In this document: one piece after another, positions 53,978 through 63,320 of the stretch
Layout of the letters: each line of letters begins with the position of its first letter
How positions within the stretch are numbered: position 1 is the first letter of the stretch
NCBI GenBank assembly: GCA_964425005.1
Contig: CAYRKT010000001.1
Span: forward strand, 13,644-77,643
DNA length: 64,000 nucleotides
Source of the DNA: an uncultured Synergistia bacterium
Lineage (GTDB): Bacteria > Synergistota > Synergistia > CAYRKT01
Reading direction: 5' to 3'
Position numbers and translations under genes: made by a program
Notes under the pieces: model-generated
What the model saw: the letters and a program-made list of their open reading frames with translations, nothing else
Told to the model about the DNA's origin: nothing
Databases searched by the model: none

Positions 53978-54481
53978 TTGAAGAGGAGAGGTAATGTCGC
54001 GCCTTTAGCTTTGAGTTTTTCTGCAGCATTCCTGGTCGGGTTGGTACTGGTCGGGGTCACATGGGGAGCACCTAGGGACCTAAGGCTTCCCTCGCTCATA
54101 GGCGCTCAAGAGGTCTCCCTGGAGGCCTTCGCGGGGAGGCCGACCCTTTTGATCTTTTGGACCGTGAGATGCCCTTACTGCAAGAAGGAGCTCCTCGAGC
54201 TCAAGGAGCTACTGAGCTCCAGGGATTTGAGCTTCAACGTGGTGGCCATAGCCTACGCCAGAGGCGAGTCGGAGGTGGAGGAGACCAGAAAGTGGGTGGA
54301 GGGAAACGGGCCGTTCAGGGGGGTCGAGTTCCTCCTGGACTCGGATGGGAAAGCCTTCGCCCAGCACGATGTGAGGTTCGTCCCCCACAACGTCGTCTTG
54401 GGGCCCGACCTCCAGGTGAGGAAGGTCATCCCGGGGGCCGTGCCTCCCTCCCTGCTCATCGAGGAGATCGAAGGGAGCTGA
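53978..54481 (+). CDS. TlpA/ResA-like thioredoxin-fold thiol-disulfide oxidoreductase
   Basis: Signal/anchor sequence then a thioredoxin fold with WTVRCPYCKKE. Start moved to the in-frame TTG with an AAGGAGG RBS. The track ORF begins at 53930. Confidence 0.7.
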   Translation: MKRRGNVAPLALSFSAAFLVGLVLVGVTWGAPRDLRLPSLIGAQEVSLEAFAGRPTLLIFWTVRCPYCKKELLELKELLSSRDLSFNVVAIAYARGESEVEETRKWVEGNGPFRGVEFLLDSDGKAFAQHDVRFVPHNVVLGPDLQVRKVIPGAVPPSLLIEEIEGS

Positions 54482-54490
54482 GGGCTGGCC

Positions 54491-54501
54491 CTGTGATATA
54501 A
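54491..54501 (+). promoter_or_regulatory. Extended -10 promoter-like element (TGaTATAAT) upstream of hpf
   Basis: TGTGATATAAT lies about 44 nt upstream of the hpf ATG. Confidence 0.35.
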
Positions 54502-54544
54502 TGGGGCAAAGCCATGAGGTATGCGCGGGGGAGGGGTGGACGCC

Positions 54545-55111
54545 ATGGATTTCAGGCTTTTCACCAGGAATGGGGTGGAGGTAGGTGAACCCCTCAGGGA
54601 GCACATGGGCAACAAACTCGACAAGGTTGGGAGGTTCTTCTCGAGGATATTGGACTGTCAGGTGGCCCTGGGTTTTCAGAGGGGCATGTACGTCTGCGAG
54701 GTCACGGTGGACGCCAACGGGGTCATAATGAGGGGGGAGGAGCACGCCACGGACCTCAGGAAGGCCTTCGACAGGGCTGTGGAGAAGATAGAGGCCCAGA
54801 TAAAGAGGCACAAGAAGTGGCTGAGGGATAGAAGGCATCTAAAGACCCACGACATGGCCCCTGAAGCCTTATCGGTAGAGGAGGCCTACGCCGAGCAACC
54901 GGTGGAGGAGGTCGACTCCGATAAGATAAAGGAGAAGATAGTGAAGGTCAAGAGCTTCGAGGTCAAGCCGATGTCGCCCGAGGAGGCGGTCACGCAGATG
55001 GAGCTCTTGGGCCACAACTTCTTTGTCTTCGTGGACCCTGACTCCAACAACCTCTCCATCGTCTACAAGAGGAAGGACGAAACCTACGGTTTGATCAGGC
55101 CCAGGTTCTAG
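54545..55111 (+). CDS. hpf: Ribosome hibernation-promoting factor (long HPF/YfiA)
   Basis: S30AE N-domain plus C-terminal dimerisation extension. ATG with a GGAGGGG RBS. Confidence 0.85.
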   Translation: MDFRLFTRNGVEVGEPLREHMGNKLDKVGRFFSRILDCQVALGFQRGMYVCEVTVDANGVIMRGEEHATDLRKAFDRAVEKIEAQIKRHKKWLRDRRHLKTHDMAPEALSVEEAYAEQPVEEVDSDKIKEKIVKVKSFEVKPMSPEEAVTQMELLGHNFFVFVDPDSNNLSIVYKRKDETYGLIRPRF

Positions 55112-55127
55112 GGTCGAAGGGCTTCGG

Positions 55128-55508
55128 ATGCACGAGTACTCCTTCGCCTTAGAGCTGGTCAGGCTCCTGCGAGAGATAGCTGAACGCTATGGCGCGGGTA
55201 GGATAACTAGGGCGAGGGTGAGGGTGGGGAAGCTGAAGCAGATAGTCCCATCGCTTCTCGTCCCCTGCGTAGAGGTGGTAGCGGCTGAGGATCCCCTGTT
55301 GAGGGGCCTGGTCCTCGAGGTGGAGGAGGAGGAGATAGTCTACCGTTGCGCCGACTGCGGCCTCGAGTTCAACGCTTCTTTGGGTGATCTACGCGCCGCC
55401 TGTCCCAGGTGTGGGTCCGGTAGCACCGAGCTCGTGGCGGGCGACGAGGTCACCTTGATCTGCGTGGAGGCTGAGGAGGTTGAGGAGGATACTGGACCTC
55501 AGGGCTAG
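55128..55508 (+). CDS. hypA: Hydrogenase/urease nickel-insertion protein HypA
   Basis: MHEYS N-terminus and CxxC...CxxC zinc site. Confidence 0.85.
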   Translation: MHEYSFALELVRLLREIAERYGAGRITRARVRVGKLKQIVPSLLVPCVEVVAAEDPLLRGLVLEVEEEEIVYRCADCGLEFNASLGDLRAACPRCGSGSTELVAGDEVTLICVEAEEVEEDTGPQG

Positions 55509-55530
55509 CTTGAGCGCGAGGAACGAGTCG

Positions 55531-56130
55531 ATGGCCAAGCAGGTCCGAGAGCTAGCCCTAAGCCATGGCTTGTCGATCGTGAACCTGGTGGGATCGGCCG
55601 GCTCCGGCAAAACCACTCTGCTAGAGGGTACGGTTAGGCATCCTGAATTTCGCAGGCGGCTCGGGGTGGTGGAAGGGGATCTAGCCACCACCCTCGACGC
55701 CGACAGGATGAGGAACCTCGGCGTACCGGCCGTGCAGATAAACACCAAGAGCCTATGTCACCTGGAGGCCCACATGGTGCTGGAGGCCATGAGGCTCTTG
55801 CCCCTGGAGGAGATAGACCTGGTGGTGGTGGAGAACGTGGGCAACCTGGTCTGTCCGGCCGACTTCTACCTGGGGGAGGACCTGATGGTGGGGGTTTTGA
55901 GCGTCACCGAGGGAAACGACAAGGTGAAGAAGTATCCCACCCTTTTCTCGAAGGCCTCCGCGGTGGTCTTAAACAAGGTGGACCTCTTGCCCCATCTGGA
56001 CTTCGACCTCAGGCGCTTCGAGGAGGAACTCGAGGAGGTAAACCCCAGGGCCCGCGTCTTCGTCCTCTCCGCCAGGTCGGGGGAAGGTATGGACGAGTGG
56101 GTCGGGTTCCTGAACGCCCTTCGGCGGTGA
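55531..56130 (+). CDS. hypB: Nickel-insertion GTPase HypB
   Basis: P-loop (GSAGSGKTT), CH metal motif, G3E family. Start taken at the internal ATG. The track ORF begins at 55480 and overlaps hypA. Confidence 0.85.
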   Translation: MAKQVRELALSHGLSIVNLVGSAGSGKTTLLEGTVRHPEFRRRLGVVEGDLATTLDADRMRNLGVPAVQINTKSLCHLEAHMVLEAMRLLPLEEIDLVVVENVGNLVCPADFYLGEDLMVGVLSVTEGNDKVKKYPTLFSKASAVVLNKVDLLPHLDFDLRRFEEELEEVNPRARVFVLSARSGEGMDEWVGFLNALRR

Positions 56131-56137
56131 GAGGGCC

Positions 56138-57025
56138 TTGAGGATAGCCGTGACCGGAGGCATCGGCTCTGGCAAGAGCACGTTTTGCGGTTTTCTGGAG
56201 GCGCTGGGTTTTAGGCACCTCAACGCCGACGAGATAGCCCACTCGCTCCTCGAGGAGGAGGGGGTCAGGGAGGCCGTCCTACGGAGGTTTGGCACCCTCG
56301 AGAGGCCCAAAATAGCCGAAGCGGTCTTCCGGGAGGACGAAAGCTACCGATGGCTGTGCGATCTGTTGCACCCCAGGGTTCTCGAATTTTTGCTCAGGGA
56401 GATCTCCTCCTTGCGCCCCGAAGAGGACGTGGTGGTCGAGATACCCCTCCTGTTCGAGGTCGGGGTCCCGGGTTGGGTCGATATGACGGTGTTCGTGAGG
56501 ACGAGACGAGAGGTCGCCTTGAACAGGCTCTCCTCCAGAGGTTGGAGCGAAGCCGAGGTGGAGAGGAGGGAGAGGCACCTCCTGCCGGACGACCGAAAGG
56601 CGAAGTTGTCTGACCTCGTGGTCTCCAACGACGGCGACCTACAGGCCCTGAAGGAGAAGGCCGAGCGCCTGGCGCGCAGGGCTTCGTTGTGGAGGCAGGT
56701 CGTGGACTTCGAGGCTACGTTCGCTTCCGCCTCGGAGGCCGGGGCCTTCATAGAGGAGGCGACCAGATCTCGCCTCGCAGCCTTCGGTCGCCTGGAAACC
56801 TGCTTCGCCCTAGACCCTGATCCCCTCGCAGGCAAAAGGGAAGCCTTCAGGGCGGTGCTCAGGAGCGTGTCCCTCAACTCGGGTGAGCTGGTGAGGCTCG
56901 CCGAGAGGGTGGGAAGCCCTCGAGGCCTCTCTTGGACCAAGTTGTGCGGGGGAAGCTGGCGCCACCTGGAAGAGGTATGCCTCCTCTGTGGCCTGCTAGA
57001 AGGCCCCCTTCCCCAGGAGCTCTAG
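56138..57025 (+). CDS. coaE: Dephospho-CoA kinase with a roughly 100-aa C-terminal extension
   Basis: CoaE family (GGIGSGKST...). The last about 100 residues, Cys-containing, are beyond the usual CoaE length. Confidence 0.75.
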   Translation: MRIAVTGGIGSGKSTFCGFLEALGFRHLNADEIAHSLLEEEGVREAVLRRFGTLERPKIAEAVFREDESYRWLCDLLHPRVLEFLLREISSLRPEEDVVVEIPLLFEVGVPGWVDMTVFVRTRREVALNRLSSRGWSEAEVERRERHLLPDDRKAKLSDLVVSNDGDLQALKEKAERLARRASLWRQVVDFEATFASASEAGAFIEEATRSRLAAFGRLETCFALDPDPLAGKREAFRAVLRSVSLNSGELVRLAERVGSPRGLSWTKLCGGSWRHLEEVCLLCGLLEGPLPQEL

Positions 57026-57032
57026 GCGGGGT

Positions 57033-59732
57033 GTGGGCGGATTGATCCTGGTGACCACCCACATAGGCGCGGACTTCGACGCCTTCGCCAGCATGCTAGC
57101 GGCTTCCAAGCTTTATCCGGGGGCCGTCTGCTCCTTCTCGGGTTCGGCCAGCAGGAACGTGAGGGAGTTCCTGGGGAAGCACAGCTCCATAAGGGTCCTA
57201 ACCCCCAGGAGGGTGAACCTTCAGTCGGTGTCCAAGTTGGTGGTGGTGGACACCAGCTTAGCCTCTCGCCTAGGTCCCTTCGCCGAGCTGGTCGGCAAGG
57301 TCGAGATACACGTATACGACCATCACCCTCCGACCCCTTCCGACCTGAGGGGTGACTTCTCCCTCAGGAAGGAGGTCGGCTCTACCACCACGCTGATGGT
57401 GGAGATCCTGAGGGAGAGGGGGATCGAGATAACCCCCATGGAGGCCACCATATTCGCCATGGGCATATACGAGGACACGAGCTTCTACACGTCCTCGGCC
57501 ACCACCAGGGAGGATCTGGAGGCCCTGGCCTTCCTGATAGAGCGGGGCGCCGACCTTCCGTCGATCCCTGAGCACGTGGACCTATACCTCAAGCCGGAGG
57601 AGAGGGCCCTGCTAGACCAGATGGCCTCCAGGGCTGAGGTGATCCAGTACAAGGGGTCCCGGATAGTGGTATCCAGGGCGAGGTGCAGCTTCTACACCGA
57701 GGGCATATCCCTGTTCGCCCACAAGCTCAGGGACTTCCTGGGCGCGGACGTAGTCCTGGCGGAGGTGGAGATGGGGGATAGGAGGTACGTGGTTGGCAGG
57801 AGCAGGAGGAGGGACGTGGACCTCGGGAAGCTGTTCAAGCTGATCGGTGGGGGAGGGCACCCTCAGGCCGCATCGGCGGTGGTGAGGGAAAAGGGTTCAG
57901 ACCCTCTGGGGTTGATCCTCAAGAAGGTGAAGGAGCTCATCTCCAGGGGCTGGACGGTGGGTAAGTTCATGAGCAGCCCTGTGATGGCGATAAGCCCGGA
58001 CCACACCGTGGAGGAGGTCCACAGGCTGGCCCTGAGGTTCTCCCATTCCGCCTTCCCTGTGGTGGAGGGGAACAACAGGGTGGTGGGGATAATAACCAGA
58101 AAGGCCATAGACAAGGCCATGCTCTTCGGCCTTAGGGAGAACAAGGTCAAAGAGTTCATGACTCGAAAGGTCATATGCGCCAAGCCCAACTACTCCATAG
58201 ACAAGGCGCTGGAGCTATTGGCCCTGAACTCAATAGGTAGGTTGCCGGTGGTAAACTACAGAGGAGAGCTCGTTGGGATAATCACCAGGACGGACCTGCT
58301 GAAGGCCATCTACTTCTCTGACAAACACGCCGACTGGGAGAGCTACAGGGCCTCCCTTACGGCGAAGGCCAAAGAGGAGGCGCTTCTGCCATGGGAGGAG
58401 GAGGTCTCCAACCTGATGGAATCGGTCCTGCCCTCGAGCGCGCTGAAGGTCCTGCGCTTCCTCGGAAGGAGAGCCGACGAACTGGGCATGGAGGCCTACG
58501 CAGTGGGCGGTTTCGTGAGGGATCTTCTGCTGGGGAGGTACAACCCAGACCTGGACGTGGTGATAGTCGGCGACGGGGTGAAGTACCTGGAACACCTGGC
58601 CTCGAGGGGGTTTAAGGTCTCGGTCCACAAGCGGTTCAAGACCGGCGTGATCTCCCTGGGAAGGGATTTAAAGGTCGACGTGGCGACGGCCCGAAAGGAG
58701 TACTATGAGGTGCCAGCTGGGGATCCCCACGTGGAGGAGACCTCCCTGAAGCACGACCTCTACCGCAGGGACTTCACCATCAACGCGATGGCGATCAGGG
58801 TATCGGAGAAGGGGTTTGGCGTCCTAACCGACTACTTCGGCGGGAGAAGGGATCTTATAAGGAAGCAGATAAGGGTGCTGCACAACCTGAGCTTCGTGGA
58901 GGACCCCACCAGGATCATAAGGGCCATAAGGCTCGAGAGCAAGCTGGGCTTTATCATAGAGGAGGACACGTTGAACCTGATGATGGAGGCCATACGGGGC
59001 GGTTTGGTCAGGCGCGTGGGTCCGCTGAGGATCAGGTCGGAGCTGGAGACCATATTCGCGGAGAGCTACCCTCACAGGGCCATCGAAAGGCTGAGCGAGC
59101 TCGGCATACTAAGCGCCATCTTCGACGGGTACGTGATGTCCGAGAGGGAGAGGATATACCTCCGCAGGATGTGGAACCTCCTGAGGTTTTTGGGGCCTCA
59201 CCTGGAGGACGTGAGGGAGGACGCGGTCCTGGGATACTTGGCGGTCATGTTCGTGGAGAGGGATCGCTCCATGGCCGAGCTCGCGTGCAGGGCCATAAAG
59301 CTCTCGGAGAGGGAGTCCAGCAGGTTCCTCTCGGTGCTCGGGGAGGCCCCGCGGGTTTGCGAGTCGATCCTCGACCTCGCCCAGGGGGCGGAGGAAGTCC
59401 CTCCCTCCAGGGTGGCCTCAGTCCTCGACGGCTTCGATCCCCTGGCGGTCCTGGTCGCCTGTGCGGTGGGGGACAGCGTCTGCAGGAGGAAGATCATGGA
59501 GTATTTGAGGTTCCACAGGTCGGTGAGGCCAGCCGTTTCGGGGGAGGAGGTCATATCGCTAGGGCTCAAGAGAGGCCCAGCGGTGGGCGAGGTGCTCAAG
59601 AGGCTCAGATACCTGGTCATGGATCGACCCGACATGGAGAAGGAGGAGCAGCTCGCCCTGGCCAGGGAGCTCATCCGGCAGGTGGAGCTGGAGACGAAAG
59701 ATCAAGCGCGCATAGGGAGGCGAGAGCGTTGA
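57033..59732 (+). CDS. Multidomain DHH/DHHA1 phosphoesterase - CBS pair - poly(A) polymerase/CCA-adding tRNA nucleotidyltransferase
   Basis: N-terminal DHH (DHH...GGGH) then two CBS domains. C-terminal PolyA_pol head (GGFVRDLLLG...RRDFTINA) plus an HD-like tail. Confidence 0.8.
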   Translation: MGGLILVTTHIGADFDAFASMLAASKLYPGAVCSFSGSASRNVREFLGKHSSIRVLTPRRVNLQSVSKLVVVDTSLASRLGPFAELVGKVEIHVYDHHPPTPSDLRGDFSLRKEVGSTTTLMVEILRERGIEITPMEATIFAMGIYEDTSFYTSSATTREDLEALAFLIERGADLPSIPEHVDLYLKPEERALLDQMASRAEVIQYKGSRIVVSRARCSFYTEGISLFAHKLRDFLGADVVLAEVEMGDRRYVVGRSRRRDVDLGKLFKLIGGGGHPQAASAVVREKGSDPLGLILKKVKELISRGWTVGKFMSSPVMAISPDHTVEEVHRLALRFSHSAFPVVEGNNRVVGIITRKAIDKAMLFGLRENKVKEFMTRKVICAKPNYSIDKALELLALNSIGRLPVVNYRGELVGIITRTDLLKAIYFSDKHADWESYRASLTAKAKEEALLPWEEEVSNLMESVLPSSALKVLRFLGRRADELGMEAYAVGGFVRDLLLGRYNPDLDVVIVGDGVKYLEHLASRGFKVSVHKRFKTGVISLGRDLKVDVATARKEYYEVPAGDPHVEETSLKHDLYRRDFTINAMAIRVSEKGFGVLTDYFGGRRDLIRKQIRVLHNLSFVEDPTRIIRAIRLESKLGFIIEEDTLNLMMEAIRGGLVRRVGPLRIRSELETIFAESYPHRAIERLSELGILSAIFDGYVMSERERIYLRRMWNLLRFLGPHLEDVREDAVLGYLAVMFVERDRSMAELACRAIKLSERESSRFLSVLGEAPRVCESILDLAQGAEEVPPSRVASVLDGFDPLAVLVACAVGDSVCRRKIMEYLRFHRSVRPAVSGEEVISLGLKRGPAVGEVLKRLRYLVMDRPDMEKEEQLALARELIRQVELETKDQARIGRRER

Positions 59733-60319
59733 GCGGCTTTCTGGTGAACGCGTTGCTCAGTCTGCCCATGGCCATGCTGGCCATATCCGTCCACGAGTGC
59801 GCCCACGCCTATGTGGCTTACAGGCTAGGGGATCCAACGCCCAAGTTCTACGGCAGGATAACCCTGAACCCCCTCGCCCACCTGGATCCCATAGGCACTC
59901 TGATGCTGGTGCTCTTCAAGATAGGCTGGGCCAAGCCTGTCCCGGTCAACTACGACAACTTCAGGCGACCCGCCAGGGATCTCACCATCGTAGCCCTGGC
60001 GGGACCCGCCTCCAACCTGGCGCTGGCGCTGATCTGGGTCCTCGCCATCAAGCTGGACCTGACGGACAGCTGGGCCTTGAACAGGATGATGCTATACGGC
60101 ATAGTCTTGAATTTGTCCCTCGCCTTCTTCAACCTCCTGCCCATCCCACCCCTCGACGGCTCTAAGCTCCTGTACCTCTTTCTTCCCTACCGCTACGCGG
60201 GCTTCTACTACTGGCTGGAAAGATATGGCATGTTCGTCATAATGTTTCTGGCTGTGACTGGTATCCTGGGCGCTCTGATAAATCCCGCCATAGCCTATGC
60301 GCTGAAGGTTTTGCTTTGA
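59729..60319 (+). CDS. Peptidase M50 (site-2 protease family) membrane metalloprotease, short form
   Basis: HECAH zinc motif in TM1 and NLLPIPPLDG motif. Likely TTG start with a GGGAGG RBS overlapping the preceding stop. Confidence 0.7.
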   Translation: MSGFLVNALLSLPMAMLAISVHECAHAYVAYRLGDPTPKFYGRITLNPLAHLDPIGTLMLVLFKIGWAKPVPVNYDNFRRPARDLTIVALAGPASNLALALIWVLAIKLDLTDSWALNRMMLYGIVLNLSLAFFNLLPIPPLDGSKLLYLFLPYRYAGFYYWLERYGMFVIMFLAVTGILGALINPAIAYALKVLL

Positions 60320-60337
60320 GTCCGAGGTGTCGCGTCC

Positions 60338-60610
60338 ATGAGGTCCGTCAGGATAAGGGTGACCGGCTTAGTGCAGGGAGTGGGCTTCAGGAGCTTCGTC
60401 CGCAGAGAGGCCTCGAGGCTGGGCCTAGCGGGATGGGTCAAGAACGAGCCAGACGGCTCCGTGGCAGCCTACGTGGTGGGGGAAGAGGAGAAGATATTGG
60501 CTTTGCTGGACAAGGTCAGGGTAGGCCCGCCCGCCTCTGAGGTGGAGGGGGTTGAGGTCGTCTGGCTTGAGAGATCTCCCGAGGACGTCGAAGGGTTCCA
60601 CGTAAGGTGA
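60338..60610 (+). CDS. acyP: Acylphosphatase
   Basis: VxGxVQGVGFR and GWVKN motifs. Confidence 0.85.
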   Translation: MRSVRIRVTGLVQGVGFRSFVRREASRLGLAGWVKNEPDGSVAAYVVGEEEKILALLDKVRVGPPASEVEGVEVVWLERSPEDVEGFHVR

Positions 60611-60625
60611 GAGGGTGATGAGGAC

Positions 60626-61396
60626 TTGATACTGATAACCAACGACGACGGGATATTCGCCAGGGGGATAGTGTCGCTGGCCAGGGCCATGGCCGAGCTG
60701 GACGAGGTGCTGGTCGTGGCTCCCGACAGGGAGAGGAGCACCGTGGGACACGCCATCACGGTTCGAAGGCCCTTGAGCCTCTGGCCTATAGAGGTGGGAC
60801 CTTACCCGGAAGGGGTGCGGGCCTTCGCCTGCGACGGCACGCCAGCCGACTGCGTGATCCTGGCCCTGGGGGGCGCGATAGAGGACGTGGGCGACGTCTC
60901 GCTGGTCCTCTCGGGGATAAACTGCGGAGCCAACCTGGGGGACGAGATAACCTACTCCGGCACCGTGGCGGCCGCCATAGAGGCCTCCCTCTTCGGGGTA
61001 CCCTCGGTGGCGCTCTCCCTGGCGGTGGGAGACGAGGGGCTTTTCAACTTCGCTGGCGCGGCCGAGAGGGCTGTGGAGCTGATAGAGACGATAAGGGAGA
61101 TAAAGATGCCACCCAAGACCTTCCTTAACGTCAATTTTCCCGACCTGCCATCCCCGTCTATAAGGGGTTTTCTGGTCACCAAGAAGGGCACAAAGCTGTA
61201 TAAAGGCAAGATAACCCCCCTTTGCGATCCTAAAGGGAGAAGATATTATTGGATAGGGGGGACCGCGGAGGAACACCTGGAGGAGGGGAGCGACGTGTGG
61301 GCTGTGGCCAACGGCTACGTCTCCGTCACTCCCATAAACCTGGACATGACCGACTACGCCTTCATGAAGCCCCTGGGGGAGATGCTCGCGAGGTGA
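60626..61396 (+). CDS. surE: 5'/3'-nucleotidase SurE
   Basis: SurE family N-terminus (ILITNDDGI). Confidence 0.9.
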   Translation: MILITNDDGIFARGIVSLARAMAELDEVLVVAPDRERSTVGHAITVRRPLSLWPIEVGPYPEGVRAFACDGTPADCVILALGGAIEDVGDVSLVLSGINCGANLGDEITYSGTVAAAIEASLFGVPSVALSLAVGDEGLFNFAGAAERAVELIETIREIKMPPKTFLNVNFPDLPSPSIRGFLVTKKGTKLYKGKITPLCDPKGRRYYWIGGTAEEHLEEGSDVWAVANGYVSVTPINLDMTDYAFMKPLGEMLAR

Positions 61397-61403
61397 CCTG
61401 ACC

Positions 61404-61865
61404 TTGGCCGGAGGCTACAGGGAGCTCGACCACCCGGCGGACATAGCCCTGGAGGTATGGGGCGACGATTTGTTGGATCTGTTGCGCAGCGCCACCTGTG
61501 CCCTCCTCTCCGTTTGGCTCAAACCAGATGGGCTAGAGGGTATATCTCGTTCCTCCCCTCGCGTGGAGGGCAGGGAGTCCATCGAGGTGGTGGACGAGTT
61601 CGACCTGCTGATCCAGTGGTTGAACAGGGTGCTTCTAGCGCCCCAGCTGAAGCTAAGGCTACCGCACCACGTCTTAGATCTGGACGTTCGAGGAGGGGTC
61701 GAAGGGGACTTCCTTCAAGCGGAGATATCCTACGAGGCGTTGACCCTAGCCAAGGGAAGCTCAGAGGCCCTCTGGGCGAGGGAGATAAAGAGCGTCACCT
61801 ATGGGGGCGGGTTGAATAGAGACCCAAGCGGCCGTTACAGGGCTCTTCTCATACTGGACATCTGA
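61404..61865 (+). CDS. Archease
   Basis: Archease family (LDHPADIALEVWG). Directly upstream of rtcB. Confidence 0.8.
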   Translation: MAGGYRELDHPADIALEVWGDDLLDLLRSATCALLSVWLKPDGLEGISRSSPRVEGRESIEVVDEFDLLIQWLNRVLLAPQLKLRLPHHVLDLDVRGGVEGDFLQAEISYEALTLAKGSSEALWAREIKSVTYGGGLNRDPSGRYRALLILDI

Positions 61866-61886
61866 GCTCGTAAGGGGGGATGGGAG

Positions 61887-63320
61887 ATGGCCCTGCCTTT
61901 GAGAAGGGTTGACCACGTGAGGTGGGAGCTACCTGTTGACTACAAGAGGGGAATGCGCGTGCCAGGCCTGATATTCGCCGACTCCTACGTGCTGGAGACC
62001 ATCGAGGAGGAGAAGGCCTACGAGCAGGTGGCCAACGTGGCTTTTCTGCCGGGCATCCAAAGGTACAGCTTCGCCATGCCGGACATCCACTGGGGCTACG
62101 GCTTCCCCATAGGGGGAGTAGCCGCCTTCGACGTGGACGAGGGGGTGGTCTCGCCAGGAGGGGTCGGCTACGACATAAGCTGTGGCGTGAGGCTTATGGC
62201 GCTCAGCCTGACCGAAGAAGAGGTCAGAAAGCACCTGGACAAGCTCGCGGCGAGGCTCTTCTCCGCGGTCCCTTCAGGGGTCGGCAGCTCCGGAGCTCTG
62301 GAGCTGAGCTTCAAGGAGCTGGACGAGGTCCTGGAGGAGGGGGCTAAATGGGCCGTCAGGAGAGGTTTCGGCACCAGGGAAGATCTCAAGTACATCGAGG
62401 AGGGGGGCTCGCTGAGAGGAGCTGATCCCGACAAGGTCAGCAGGACGGCCAAGGAGCGCGGCAGGGAGCAGATGGGGACTCTAGGGAGCGGCAACCACTT
62501 CCTGGAGATACAGGCGGTGGAGGAGGTCTACGACGAGGCGATAGCCAGCAGGGTGGGACTTGGGCTGGGCAGGGTGGCCGTGATGGTGCACTGCGGCTCC
62601 AGGGGGCTAGGCCATCAGGTCTGCGACGACTACATCAAGGTGATGATGAGGGCCATGAGGAAGTACGGCATATCCGTGCCCGACAGGCAACTCTGCTGTG
62701 CCCCGGTGCGCTCCGACGAAGGGAGGGACTACCTCTCCGCCATGAGGGCCGCCGCCAACTTCGCCCTGGCCAACCGCCAGGTGATAGGGCACTGGGTGAG
62801 AAGGGCCCTGGAGGAGGTCTTGGGCCAGAGCGTCGAGATAAGGCTGGTCTACGACGTGTCCCACAACATGGCCCACGTGGAGAGGCACGAGCTGGACGGG
62901 GTGTGGAAGGAGCTTTGCGTCCACAGGAAGGGCGCCACCAGGGCCCTGCCACCCGGACATGAGGGTCTGCCCCAGGAGTACAGGGAGATCGGACAACCGG
63001 TGATAATACCCGGCAGCATGGGAACTCCCTCTTACCTCCTGGTGGGGACGAAGGGAGCCGCCGAGACGTTTTATTCCACTTGCCACGGCTCCGGCAGGGT
63101 GATGAGCAGGAAACAAGCCGTATCTTCCACCAGGAACAAAGACGTGATCGAGGAGCTGGGCAAAAAGGGCGTAAAGGTGATGGTGAAGAGCAGAGAGACT
63201 CTCCACGAGGAGGTCCCTGAGGCCTACAAGGACATAGACAGGGTAGTGGAAGTGGTCCAGAAGGCCGGCATCTCTAGGAAATTGGTAAAGCTCAGGCCCA
63301 TCTGCGTGATAAAGGGCTAA
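61887..63320 (+). CDS. rtcB: RNA-splicing ligase RtcB
   Basis: RtcB family metal ligands and conserved blocks (GSGNHF, HNMA, CHG). Confidence 0.9.
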   Translation: MALPLRRVDHVRWELPVDYKRGMRVPGLIFADSYVLETIEEEKAYEQVANVAFLPGIQRYSFAMPDIHWGYGFPIGGVAAFDVDEGVVSPGGVGYDISCGVRLMALSLTEEEVRKHLDKLAARLFSAVPSGVGSSGALELSFKELDEVLEEGAKWAVRRGFGTREDLKYIEEGGSLRGADPDKVSRTAKERGREQMGTLGSGNHFLEIQAVEEVYDEAIASRVGLGLGRVAVMVHCGSRGLGHQVCDDYIKVMMRAMRKYGISVPDRQLCCAPVRSDEGRDYLSAMRAAANFALANRQVIGHWVRRALEEVLGQSVEIRLVYDVSHNMAHVERHELDGVWKELCVHRKGATRALPPGHEGLPQEYREIGQPVIIPGSMGTPSYLLVGTKGAAETFYSTCHGSGRVMSRKQAVSSTRNKDVIEELGKKGVKVMVKSRETLHEEVPEAYKDIDRVVEVVQKAGISRKLVKLRPICVIKG

